A stretch of DNA of 64,000 nt from Pseudovirgaria hyperparasitica (taxonomy: Eukaryota): NCBI GenBank assembly GCA_010093815.1, contig ML996573.1; one strand, written 5' to 3'. Under the pieces are notes generated by a model. It was not told where the DNA came from. It ran no database searches and saw only the letters and a program-made list of their open reading frames with translations. This document shows positions 1-11,617 of the stretch, one piece after another. Numbering within the stretch: the stretch's first letter is position 1; each line of letters begins with the position of its first letter. Position numbers and translations under genes: made by a program.

Positions 1-311
1 TGGCTATTGATTTCGAATTGTCCGACTATGTCTCAATGCAGTTTGATCTGTTCTCCACAGAACACTTGTCCGATGTATGCACTCATCTTCTCAATCATAC
101 ACTCTACCAGTATGTCTACGACCAAGAAAGTAAAAGACTGGCACGTGGGAGTCCATGCCAATCGACCGAACGCACCGGAGCACTGTTTGTGCCCCTGATT
201 TCCAAAGGAGAAGATCTCTATGATCATGAACTTAGGTATGCCGACAGCATAAATCTATGGGAGCGTTTAAGGAGCCTGGGAGCAAACCAGTATAGAAGTC
301 TATCTATCTGA
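1..311 (+). CDS. Possible 3' end of a gene entering from the left edge, unknown product
   Basis: Frame is open from position 3 to TGA at 309-311 (AIDFELSDYVSMQFDLF...RSLSI). No recognisable motif. Confidence 0.3.
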   Translation, partial: AIDFELSDYVSMQFDLFSTEHLSDVCTHLLNHTLYQYVYDQESKRLARGSPCQSTERTGALFVPLISKGEDLYDHELRYADSINLWERLRSLGANQYRSLSI

Positions 312-642
312 GTAGTTTCTATAGAGTCGTCTTATGCGAAGAGCTTAGGGCAGGACCAGCAAGATGTAATCCTGCCACATGAGGAAGACATCAGGAGAAA
401 GCATGTTCGATAATAAATTCGATGTTGCCTGATCCTGAAGAGGAAGAAAGAGGTACTATAATCGCAGCTGCCATATTTTAAATTATCTCGAACATTCCCA
501 CGGCTGAACTTGTCCTACTTCCCGTAAACACACTTCATGAATCACCGCCGACATCCTTAACATCTCTGACTTCGAACATCCTTATTCATCTCATCCTACG
601 CAAATCACCTTCTGGGAAAACTACAGGTTTCCCTTCTCTATC

Positions 643-1755
643 ATGAAGTCTTCCATCACTCTCGTTCTCGCCGCTCTGCTACACAGCAGTTCAGTAATCG
701 CTCTGAGTCGATGTGCGACCACAGGCAGCTCAGGTGGCTTGGCTTTGGCCGCACAGATGCGCGAAGATGAGATGTTTGGTCGAGTCAATGACTCCGTAAT
801 GGACGCAAAAATTACTATTCCGACGGTGTTCCACGTTATTTATGACACTGATGAGCCGTCTTCACCAAATGTGAGTCCTTTTCCGTCCTTGTTCCATCAG
901 CATTTCTTTGTCTTTCGGGTTTTGTCAACATTTGTGTGCACGGAGCCATTTTGCCTATTCTGCCCTCGAAGTCTTTCTCAATTGGCTCTCCATGTGACCA
1001 TACTAAACCGAAAGTTGATTATTTGACTGTACAGGATAAGCGCCTCAAAGACCAACTGAAGGTCCTGAATGACGAGTACGAGCCCGCGGGATTTTCATTT
1101 GACCTCATCAATACAACGCGAACGAAAAATTCCAGATGGGCCAAATGGTCAGACCGAACTGACCGTGATATGAAAGAAGCCTTGAGGCAGGGTGTCCAAA
1201 ACACTCTTAATGTCTTCTTTGTCCCGTCGATGTCTGTTGGGCTTGGTGGAGGGGTTCTAGGGGTATGTGCTATTCCTTTCACTTCTGTGGCATACGGTCA
1301 AAGGCTAAGGCTCTGATGCAGTATTGCGGGAATATAATTCAATCCCCGGAACTGGACTTGATCGAAGATGGCTGCGTCATCTTGAACTCAGCAATGACTG
1401 GTCCAGGTAGCAAAGCGCCATTCAATGAAGGAAAGACCGCCGTGCATGAAGTAGGCCATTGGCTCGGCCTCTGGCATGTCTTTGATATCACATGCCTCGG
1501 AGCCGGTGACCTGATTGACGACACAACTCCCCAGTCCATGGCAACCCTTGGTTGCAATACGACCCAAGATAGCTGTGAAGGTGGCCTGAAAGACAACATT
1601 CACAACTTTCTTGACTACTCCGATGATGCATGCATGAATGAGTTCACACCTGGTCAGGTGAAGCGGATGCACAGTTGTGAGTACTTCTCTCTGCTGTATG
1701 AGTAGCTTTGCTGACTACTTCAGCATGGGATAAGTTTAGAGCCCAAGATGAATAG
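643..1755 (+). CDS. Secreted M43 (pappalysin-like) zinc metalloprotease, 4 exons
   Basis: Signal peptide MKSSITLVLAALL, metzincin motif HEVGHWLGLWH and HNFLDYSDDAC. Introns 871-1034, 1263-1321 and 1677-1723 (GTGAGT/GTATGT...CAG) join the ORF pieces in frame to TAG at 1753-1755. Confidence 0.9.
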
Positions 1756-2493
1756 ATCGCAAGGTTTCATCGGCAAGAGCCAATTCGGTAGTAGATTAGT
1801 AATGCATTGATACTGTTTGCTCCCGTCTTTTAGCATTTCGAGTGAGCTTGAGATCGCCATGAATGAGGAAGAGGACGGTGTCTTGACACAGGAGACTTTG
1901 GTGTACCAGTATCCATCGGTAGACAAGATATGTACCTCATTGGGTCTCAGGTGTCCGTTCAAGTGTTCCTCCTTTACGGGACAACAGATCTCAAGGACAC
2001 ATCTGAGGGGACTTCAAGATCAAGAGGGTGTGTCATACAAGTCGCGTATAGGAGCTCAATAACACACCGAGACCCTGCATGTATGAGATTATGGTGAGAA
2101 GATGGTGCAGCCCAAGTTGTTGATCTCTCGGTGGTCTCTTTCAGGGTGAGTATTATCTTGAGGGAAGTTATGCGTTTCGGTAGAAGCAGGCACGATATCG
2201 CTCCTTTGATCCCGGACGGGAAAGTTGCCCCGGACGAAAAGGTTGCCAATGTGAATCAAAGCTGCCATCATGTCTGATCTGTGCCTACGACCATACACAG
2301 TATGCTCATCGCCTCCAGCTTTATCTTTCATTCATACAACGCGATTTCTGCATCGTCATTCGTTCAAGATCAAGCTTCACATACTTTGCAGACGGTATAG
2401 CCGTACCAGCTACAACTACGTCTCCTTTCCATCTTGGGAGTCCTCATACACGAGACTAGGCACAGAACTTCGACCCTAACTCATCAGCCCACA

Positions 2494-3930
2494 ATGGCCC
2501 CTATCACTACAGCCCCTTTAATATGCGCAGCCTGCAAGAAAACCGCCACCGATCTCAGAGTCCTCAACAAAACCTTCAAGCCATGCGAAAAATGCAAGAC
2601 AATCCAATACTGCTCCGTCGCCTGCAAGAAAGCCGACCACAAACGCCACAAGAAGATCTGCGCCGCGCTCGAAAAGGAGTACACCAGCGCACAGGCAAGG
2701 CAAGAAAAGAAAACCCCACCGCTACCACCACCCGCAACGCCCAGCTCCGAAACCCTCGTCCCATACACCCCAGCCAGCCACCAAAGAACAGTCGCCCAAC
2801 AACTCGCCGCCACCCTCGAGCAGCGCGTCAAGCTCGAGCAAAACATGAAGGCACCCACCGCAGGCCTCATGACGCCCTCCGACCTAGCCAGCGGCATCAA
2901 GTCGAACCCGCTCTACTGGAAGTTCCTGGACGAGTCGATGCGCGCAAACAACATGTACGCCACAATCGAGAACATCGACACGCCGATCCACGAGCCGCTC
3001 ACGCGGCTACACGAGAACAGATTCCTGCACGACCTCGCGCCCAACGACACGTTTGCCCTGCTCATTGACGCCTTCCGCCTCGACGAGCACCGCAGGAACA
3101 AGGCTGATAGGCCTTCGGCCGACGGCATCTACACGGGCGCGCCAAACGACCTGGTGCCGTTTCGGAGGTTTGTTGCGCGCGCGCATGCGCGGCCGAGTTT
3201 GCTGCCGCCGTGGTGGAATGAGGCGTGGAGTCAGGCGGATGCGGAGCTGTATGGCACGTGGGAGACGGTGTATAGTGGTGATGTGTGGGTGATTGAGCGG
3301 TTTAGCAATCTGTTTGAGACGATGGATCCGGATGGGGTGGCGGAGTATTATGAGAATTCGATGGTGCCGATGTATTTGGTTATGTTTGCGATGAGGGTGT
3401 GGGATCGTGATGCGCATATTGGGGACTTGATGGTTGAGGCGTTGGAGGAGAAGGAGAAGATGGTTAAGGTGTACGGGAGTGGGATTGGGAATGGGGATGG
3501 GAATGGGAAGGCGGGTTTGGGAGGAGAGGGTAAGGTGGATGGAGAGGCGGAGGGGGAGAAGGAGGAGGAGGAAGTAGAGGCGGAGAGTGGGACGGGGAGT
3601 GAGCTGAATATGTTGCTGCAGCCTCTGACTTTGAAAGACAATGATAAGTCTGAGGAGAAGAAGCCTGATGAGAAGGGCTCTGGAAAGCAGAACTCTGAGA
3701 AACCGGAAGCGAAGAAACTAGAAGACAAGGAGCCAGAGGAGAAGTCTGAAAAGCAGAACTCTAAAAGCACAGCCTCGGAAAGATCAGAAGAGAAACAGCT
3801 AGAAGGAAAGAAACTAGAAGACAAGAAATCGGAAGAAAAGAAAGAAAGAGAAGAAAATGAAGGGGTTATGACAGGCGAGAAGGCCTCGGCGAAGGAAGAA
3901 GATGAGGAGAAAAAGGCAGAGGAATTGTAA
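2494..3930 (+). CDS. MYND zinc-finger protein with an acidic/Lys-rich low-complexity tail
   Basis: CAAC..CEKC....YCSVAC...DHKRHKKIC MYND pattern after ATG 2494. The middle has the LLIDAFRL and LLPPWW motifs typical of fungal MYND proteins. Confidence 0.85.
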   Translation: MAPITTAPLICAACKKTATDLRVLNKTFKPCEKCKTIQYCSVACKKADHKRHKKICAALEKEYTSAQARQEKKTPPLPPPATPSSETLVPYTPASHQRTVAQQLAATLEQRVKLEQNMKAPTAGLMTPSDLASGIKSNPLYWKFLDESMRANNMYATIENIDTPIHEPLTRLHENRFLHDLAPNDTFALLIDAFRLDEHRRNKADRPSADGIYTGAPNDLVPFRRFVARAHARPSLLPPWWNEAWSQADAELYGTWETVYSGDVWVIERFSNLFETMDPDGVAEYYENSMVPMYLVMFAMRVWDRDAHIGDLMVEALEEKEKMVKVYGSGIGNGDGNGKAGLGGEGKVDGEAEGEKEEEEVEAESGTGSELNMLLQPLTLKDNDKSEEKKPDEKGSGKQNSEKPEAKKLEDKEPEEKSEKQNSKSTASERSEEKQLEGKKLEDKKSEEKKEREENEGVMTGEKASAKEEDEEKKAEEL

Positions 3931-4209
3931 GAATGACAAGAGTGAAGCGTTGAGAAACAGATCGTTACCAGGAGTAAATTACTCAAGCCAAACAAAAACG
4001 TACGTGAGATTATCAAGAAGACATTGTAGTCTTAGAGCAGATAGCAGAGTTGGGTATCTGAAACTGAACCAAGACCATAAGACAGGAGTAAAATACAAGC
4101 AAAGCAATCACTGATATGGCACAACGAAATATACCATGCATGCATGCATGCACATGTATGCTAAAGACTATGCTCACCTCTTCCCCCCTTCCCCTCCCCT
4201 CCCAAAGAC

Positions 4210-5548
4210 TCATGTCAACAGAATATCGTATCCGTCCTTCTCGATCCTCACAGCCTCCTCATCAGTCGCATATCTCCTCCTCACCAGCTCAAACACAATC
4301 AGCCCGGCACTCGTGCTGGGTACCTGCCGCAGCGTATTGCCCGCAAAGCCGCGATACAGCCACGTCCTCCACCCGCCTGCTTTCTTCGCTTCGACTGCAC
4401 ACTGCTGCAGCGTCTGCTCATAAGCTTTGTAGTACAGCCTCATCATGCCCTGCCTCCCACCACCAGCCTTCTGCTCCCGCACACGCGCATCCAAGCCCTC
4501 CAGCCGCGCATAATGCACCCCCTGCACCTCACCCAACGGATGCACAACAACCTGCTGCGCGACACTCGCCAGCACCCCGCCGGCAAGTATAAAGCTCGGC
4601 TCAATACTATAATGCGGGCGAATAACGGGCCTCTCATCGCCCGTCACCGCACTCTGCACACGCGCCTGCCCACCACGATCCCCATAAAACCGAGTCACAA
4701 ACTCGTAAAACGCCTGGCTTTTGACCGTCTCAAACGTGCTGAAGAAGAGCGCTGCACCGAACGCGTCGCGCACAAAGGAGAGGGAAAACCCGGCGAATAT
4801 GCCGCGGAGGCCGATCTGGGAGAGCTTCGCGGAGGCGTAGTGTAGCATGTGCTTGTAGCGGCCTTGCTGCATTTCCTTGGCCTGGAAGCGGACTTGGAGG
4901 GCGTCGAGGGGTGCGGCGACGAGGGACTGGATGGCGCCGGCGGCGAAGCCGGCGAGGAAGGTGTGTGTGTACCAGGCTGGCGGGTAGGCGCGTTTTGTGG
5001 AGCGGGCGGAGGGGTCGTGCATGAGGCCGAGGAATTGGAGGTAGGAGACGTAGAGGATGGAGCCGACGAGGGTGTTTGCGAGGAGAGGCGGGAGGACTTG
5101 GAGCGGGAGAAAGGACCAGCCGTGCGTGCGGACGGCGTGGGTGAGGAGGCCCGGTGTGGTGAGGCGCCAGGAGAATCTCGACGAGGTGGTTTGGGTGTAG
5201 TATGGGTTTATGGCGCGGGGGTAGCCCTGGTGGATTGTATGTCAGTTACTTGTAAGGGGTGAGAGGTGAGGTGGTTGTTGTATATACCATGTAGCTATAC
5301 GGAGGTTAGAAAGTGGTTTTTATAAGGAGGGAGGAGGTGGTTTAGCACACGTACTCGACTCTTGCTCTGAAAAAGGCCTTCATGGGCGCGCGGAAGTAGA
5401 ATGCGACCATGCGAGCTGTGAGTGCTCTCATTGTGGCCGCTGTTGCGCCTGTGGTGGCTTTGTCTTTGGGCTTCTTGCGTTCATCTTGTGGGAGGACTGG
5501 CAGCACAGTGCGCGGTGACGGGAGGCCATCGGAGGATGCGCCACTCAT
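4210..5548 (-). CDS. Mitochondrial carrier-like membrane protein, 3 exons including a 7-nt micro-exon
   Basis: Exons 5548-5355, 5294-5288 and 5226-4210 give RARVD-YM-GYPRAINPY. Carrier signature P-L-D-A-L-Q-V-R and GLRGIFAGF/WLYRGF segments are present. Confidence 0.8.
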
Positions 5549-5988
5549 GATCCGCGGGACTTTGAGGTTCGAGAGATTGCGGAGACATCTAAGCTACGCT
5601 CGTAGGAAGATGTAGGTGTGCGAAGAGTGCGGTCTGGTCATGGGAGCTCATGTCGCTTGGTGATGGAGGTGGTGGTGGAGGTCAGAGGGTACGTTGGTGG
5701 TGGGTCTTTGGGTTGCACTTATGCCTGAGGCAGCAAACATGTCACTGGCATATAGCAACGCCATCACGTTTACCTTCGACGAGAATTACAGTTTGGACAC
5801 AGTATGAAGCGTGGGATTAAATGAACGTGTAAAGTTGATGTCAACTAACTAACTAACAATAAGTAAACGAAGGACATACACCAGATAACCCTTCTGAATA
5901 GACTCCGCGGCAACCGGGCCGCTCACACTATTCATTACAAACTTAGGAAGCAAAGCAAAATCAAGAACCTCAGCGAATATCTCCATGG

Positions 5989-7242
5989 CTAATTGCCGAC
6001 AACCCATATCATCATATACAGAGTGGTGAGAAATAACGACGCCGTGGCCGCTTCCAGAACCCCTTTCCCAAGCTTCTTGTGCACAAATCTCCCTTGCTCC
6101 TGTGATTGCGTTGGTCCAGAGACAACCGGATCCCGCCTCGCAAGAAACTGACCAGGTCGCTCATAACCACTGACAGGTTTGTCCTCATGCACATCATCAT
6201 CTTCGCCGTGTATGATCATTCCTTGCGGCTCGTTCCCGGCTGCGACGCCGACACCTAGGGATGCATCTGAGGGAAGGGGGTCGAGTTTGAACTCAGAGCC
6301 CAGGGTCGGTTCAAGGCTTGGCTCTGGAATGGCGATTGTGATTGAGGGAGTATGAACACCCTTTGCTGCTACAGTAATCGTTTTTGTGTTACGAATCGTA
6401 GTTGTGTAGGTCAGAGTGAAGTCTGCTGCTATGTCGGTGGCTTGGCCGGCCTGGACAGCTTGGGAGGCTTGGGAGGCTTGGGAGAAACGAGGGCTTCCAT
6501 ACGGAGCGATGATGGGTAATGTACAGACCGGGGCTTGCGTTGGGATCACGCCAGAGCTGGCTACGGGCGAGGGTGATGTGGGGGAGGGTGATATTGGCGG
6601 TGGTGATATGGGGGATGGTAATGTGGGGGAAGGTAATGTGGATGGTGTGGCGTCTGTCGAAACATTCGCTAAGCTTGCTGCAGTCTGAGGTGCGGATATA
6701 CCCGTGGAGATCAACGATGGACCAGTGATGGAGGGCACGGGCGGGCTGGTAATGTCTGGCAAGAGGATATAGGAATGCTTGATGGTGTTTGAGCCATATT
6801 TTTCCACGATCAAAGAAAAGATTTCAGGATCCACAGTCCTTATTTCATACTCCGTGGTGTATATTGTTTTCGTGGTGATACCATCAGGGACCGCGACTGT
6901 CTCGGAGAAATTCGAACGCACTGTAGTGCCGATGCTGGAGGTCTGGGCTGGTACCACAACGCTGGAATTCGCTGCGGATGTTACCAAGTAGCTGCTCCAT
7001 GAGGACGGAATCGACAGCGACATGGGTGTAGGAGAGGCCGCTGTCGTAAGATTAATTGTAGCTGGCATTTCCAGAGTGAGTATCGAGGGAGTTTCGGAAG
7101 GCAGTGGCTCTGTCTCGGCAGAAGAAAGACCAGCAGCAGGCTGAGTCGGAAACTCGACTTGCGAGACGCCTGGTATTGCTATAGTCCAGGCTATCGACTG
7201 GGCGACGAGAAGCGGAAGAAAAAGAGGACGATATTTGTTCAT
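5989..7242 (-). CDS. Secreted Ser/Thr/Pro-rich surface protein, possibly GPI- or membrane-anchored
   Basis: 417-aa ORF with an N-terminal signal-like stretch, an S/T/P-rich body with PSP repeats and a hydrophobic C-terminus. Confidence 0.7.
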   Translation of the reverse strand: MNKYRPLFLPLLVAQSIAWTIAIPGVSQVEFPTQPAAGLSSAETEPLPSETPSILTLEMPATINLTTAASPTPMSLSIPSSWSSYLVTSAANSSVVVPAQTSSIGTTVRSNFSETVAVPDGITTKTIYTTEYEIRTVDPEIFSLIVEKYGSNTIKHSYILLPDITSPPVPSITGPSLISTGISAPQTAASLANVSTDATPSTLPSPTLPSPISPPPISPSPTSPSPVASSGVIPTQAPVCTLPIIAPYGSPRFSQASQASQAVQAGQATDIAADFTLTYTTTIRNTKTITVAAKGVHTPSITIAIPEPSLEPTLGSEFKLDPLPSDASLGVGVAAGNEPQGMIIHGEDDDVHEDKPVSGYERPGQFLARRDPVVSGPTQSQEQGRFVHKKLGKGVLEAATASLFLTTLYMMIWVVGN

Positions 7243-8139
7243 ATTTTGACTTGAGTGTTTGAAGGTATTGGGTGAGAGAAACAGAAAGGTAGCAGAGCTA
7301 ACCTACACGATGTACAGGATAAACCACCCTAGGACAGGTGTGACGGATTTTTTTACTTACAAGAACGATAATGAATGGGCTGTAAGAGACTCATTGAGAA
7401 AGTAGTGAATAGCGCTTTTCGCATCGTTTACCTTTGAAAGAGCCCTGGAGTTGTCACTTTGTCAATAGGACGGCTATTGACCGTGCTTACCTGAGGACTT
7501 GTTGTAGTGACGCAGCTGAACCAACCTTAGACACAAATACACAGTGCTGTAGGCATTGAAAGCGTTGAAGCTGTGATGCATGTCTCTGGTGTTGTATGCC
7601 AGACGGTGGTACAATAGCAACTTTTTGGTCTGAATAAGCTTTTCTGCGCGGCTTGGCCTCTGGTTGGCATAGTGGAACGTATGACAAGGTGTGCCAACGG
7701 ACGCACTTGGGGAATTCAATTGCCGACTTGCAGCAGAAACCGTGACATTCTAGATTGTGGAGCTGCGACTCTTTATGGCTGAAAGCTGGAGGAGTACGGT
7801 GGAGTGGGCATAGTCGTCCACCCATCGCTACAGTTACACCAGTCACTGCCCTTATCAAGATGATGGACGTTTTCTCCCGATAACGCGAACAACATGCATC
7901 ATGCGGACGTGTGCAGTAGAGAAGACCGGGAATGGAGTGTCAGACGGCTCGGCGCCAACCCTCCAAGACGCACGCGCGAGACGCGATCAGCACCGTCTTA
8001 CCGGATGCAGCTGGCGACTATGACGAAGGGCGTCAGCAGTAGAGATACGAACCAGAAGAGTGCTGATTGTGATATGGCACGAAGGGGATGAATGTCTGAT
8101 TTTGTAGAGTGAATGAAGATTGTTGATGAAGTCAGAATG

Positions 8140-8172
8140 GAAGAAGAAGAAGAAGAAGAAGAAGAAGAAGAA
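8140..8172. repeat. (GAA)n microsatellite
   Basis: About 11 consecutive GAA units. Confidence 0.9.
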
Positions 8173-8733
8173 GGATGATGGCATGACGAGATTGTTTAAT
8201 TTGAGATAAGGGTCTTCCTGCCGTGCCTCAGGCCGAAGGATGGATAAACACAAGGGGAGGGGGGGGGAGCATGACGAGATATTCTCGGATCAACCTTCTT
8301 ACCATTCGACCCGTGCACGACCACTCAACAATCAACCACGGACCACACACTTGAGCACCGAATAACAAACTGACCCTCACTGACCACTGACCACCGCCCA
8401 CTGACCACTCTTCTCCGATCCTCCCAATAATACCAATTATCACCTGCACCCCATTCAAGCCTCCTCTGTACTAGTGCCCCCCGGACGCTATGCCATCCAT
8501 GTGTTTCATTCTCTTAGCGCCACAACTGCAATATCACTCCCTCGTCTCCTCCATGACTTCACTGTCCTTCTTGTTTTTCTGATTGATGACCGGTGCCGTA
8601 GAGCGAGCTTGGTGTTCTCTGTGTCTTGCTTCGTTTCGTGCGCTCCCATGTCGGCCGTTTAGACTTTTTGCACTATCATCACTATAGATTTCATGCATTG
8701 TTGGAGCCTGTCAGTCTTGCTTACATAGCCAGC

Positions 8734-11195
8734 ATGTTTTCGAAATTCCGGAGCCGCAGCAACAGCGAGGGGAAGGAGAAGCCTGTCCATACGGAGATGG
8801 ATGATTCCATCTCAAAGCCCAAATCAAGATGGAGCATGGGCATTCTGAACGACAAGGAGACGGACGAGGTTCCAGGTAAGCTCGCCACGTCCTTGTGTCG
8901 CCAGCATCCTCAATAGATATCACAGGTTCCGTCCTGCTCCTGTCGAACGTCCACCAGAGGAACGAGCCGCTCGGACTCCGTCATGCTGAGGCTCGCACAT
9001 CTGCCTCCTCGATTCCCTCGCCATATCCGGCCTCGATCAGGACACGAGACCGCAGTAGAGACTCGAGAGCGACGCGTCACTCTGTGCCCGAAGTCAAGAA
9101 GACTGCCGACGGTACCATCATCCTGGACCCACAGCCAGACGACACGCCCAACGATCCCCTAAACTGGCCGTCGTGGCGTCGAGACAGCGCCCTGCTCTCC
9201 ATCGGCCTGTACTGTATGTTGGGCGGCGGCGTCACGCCCATGCTAGCAGCCGGGTTCCCGGACGTTGCGGAGACATACCACGTGCCGCTTCCTCGCGTCG
9301 CGCTGACGACGGGCTTGTGTATGACGGGTCTCGGCATCGGCTCGGTCATCATGTCCCCGACGGCAATCAAGTTTGGCAAACGGCCGGTCTATCTTGCGTC
9401 TGCGATCCTCTTCGCCACGAGTTCGGTCTGGTGCGCCCTCTCGCCAAACTATGTGTCCCTCCTTATTGCAAGGATAGTCCAGGGCATCTCGGTTAGTCCG
9501 GTGGAGTGCCTGCCCTCTGCGACGATTGCAGAGATCTTCTTCCTGCATGAACGGGCGTATCGCTTGGGGGTGTATACGCTGTTACTGCTTGGTGGCAAGA
9601 ACCTGGTTCCGCTCGGTAAGTGCTGGAGAGCGTACCGGTTGGCTTTTACTAAAGCCATCAAAGTCAGTGCCGCTATCATCCAATCGCTAGGCTGGAGATG
9701 GGTATTCTGGTAAGTCATGTGACTGATATCAACGAAATCCTGGTCCTAACTCCCATAGGATACTCGCCATGGTCATCGGGTTCTGCTTCTTTCTCTTATT
9801 CCTCTTTGTGCCCGAAACATTCTGGGACCGCACGCCGAGAGCGAGAAAACACCATCGTGGCAAGAAGAAGCCAAGCCGGCTGAGTCTACACAGCATTGTC
9901 CAGTCCCATCATACAAATCCTACTACTCCTGTCCAATCGCCCGCTGCCGACACGTCCTTTGTCAACTCGCCCATCATCCCATCACCCACATCACCAACTC
10001 ACGACAATGCCAACATCGGCCTAGACCACGGCATCACTACCCCCCGCCAACATAAAAACGTCCACGTAGGCTTCGCAGAAGCCCTACCAACAGACACCAC
10101 CCAACCCGACCGAGACATCGAGAAAGCAAACCACCCAATCCCCGAACCCGCCGCCATCCACACCACCACCACCACCACCACCGACCCCTCCCACCCCATC
10201 CGCCCCATCCTCACCCGCGAACCCTCCGTCCTCTCCACCGCAACCACACCCCCACCCCCAAACCACTACACAGACCACTACCGCAGCGCACCCCCGCGCA
10301 CCTTCATCGCCTCCCTAGCCCCATACTCGGGCCGCCTCGCACCGGGAAACTGGTTCCTCATCGCCCTCCGCCCCTTCATCCTCTTCGCCTACCCGGCCGT
10401 CCTCTGGTCCTCGGCCACCTACGCCCTCTCCGTCGGCTGGCTCGCCCTGCTCTCCGAATCCGTAAGCCACGTCTACGAGCAGCGCGCAAGCTACAACTTC
10501 ACCAGCCTCCAAGTCGGCCTCGTCTATCTCGCGCCCTTCATCGGGGGTATTCTCGGCACCGTCGTCGCGGGCCGGCTATCGGATGTTGTTGTGCGCTGGA
10601 TGAGTCGGCGGAATGACGGCGTGTATGAGCCTGAGTTTCGGCTTGTGATGGCGCTGCCGATTGCGGTTAGTACGACGGCGGGACTGATGGGGTTTGGGTG
10701 GAGTGCGCAGGAGCGGGATGCGTGGATTGTGCCGACGGTGTTTTTTGGGGTGATTGGGTTTGGGTGTGCGTTGGGGAGCACGACGGCGATTACGTTTTGT
10801 GTGGATAGTTATCGGCAGTATGCGGGGGAGGCGTTGGTGACGTTGAATTTCTCGAAGAGTGCGTTTTGGTCCTTCCTTTTTTTGCTTTGCCTCGCCCTGC
10901 CTTGTCCTCCTTCCTTCCTTCTCACAATCTGGCTCCTTCCTAGAACACACACACACACACTCACTTACCCAAAACACAACATAATCAAACTAACGTCGAA
11001 TGGGCAGATATCTTCCACGGCCTCGTCTTCTCGCTCTTCTTCACCCGCTGGCTCGATGCTGCTGGTCCGCGCACCGTCTTTCTGGCTACCGGTGGGCTGC
11101 AGCTCTTCGTCATGCTGTGGAGCATTCCGATGTATATCTACGGTAAGCGTGCGCGCATGTGGACGGTGCGGCAGAGGATGATGGAGAGGTTTTAG
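8734..11195 (+). CDS. MFS transporter, DHA1/HOL1-like, 5 exons
   Basis: PQPDDTPNDPLNW, FGKRPVY, EIFFLHERAYRLG and YEPEFRL motifs. Introns 8876-8925, 9616-9663, 9710-9758 and 10859-11007. Confidence 0.9.
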
Positions 11196-11617
11196 GGGTT
11201 AAGGGGTTTGGGGGCTTTTGGTTTTGGGGGGGGGTTTATTTTTGGGGTGGAGGGGGTATGGATGGGGGATATGGGTATGGGTATGGGGTATATATGCATA
11301 TATATGGCGAATTTAGGGTGTGGATACACATCATATACATCCGGTCTGGCGTGCCGAGACTGGGATCTTTTATCTGTTTGTCTTCGTGCCAGTAGACCTC
11401 GTCTCGTCCTGTGATTTATTTTGCGCGTTCGTGTCGATGTGATAGCACATGTTTGCAGGCGGACAGAATATGTCAAACAGTGTCATGTATTGTATGGGTA
11501 TCTATAATCATATTTTCCATCCGCACTCCTGCTCACCCATCAACCACGAGACATGCATGCATCATGCCACAGCATCTCCCTACCACCCATCCCCCTCCGT
11601 AAACAACACAAAAACAC

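Noticed and set aside
166..179. 14-nt match CCGAACGCACCGGA to the reverse strand near 18510
   Set aside because: Matches of this length are expected by chance in 64 kb and it does not extend.
3348..4016. Long antisense or alternate-frame ORFs over real genes (also 15972-16874, 32264-32985, 11533-12204)
   Set aside because: Shadow ORFs caused by GC-rich or low-complexity codon usage in the overlapping genes.
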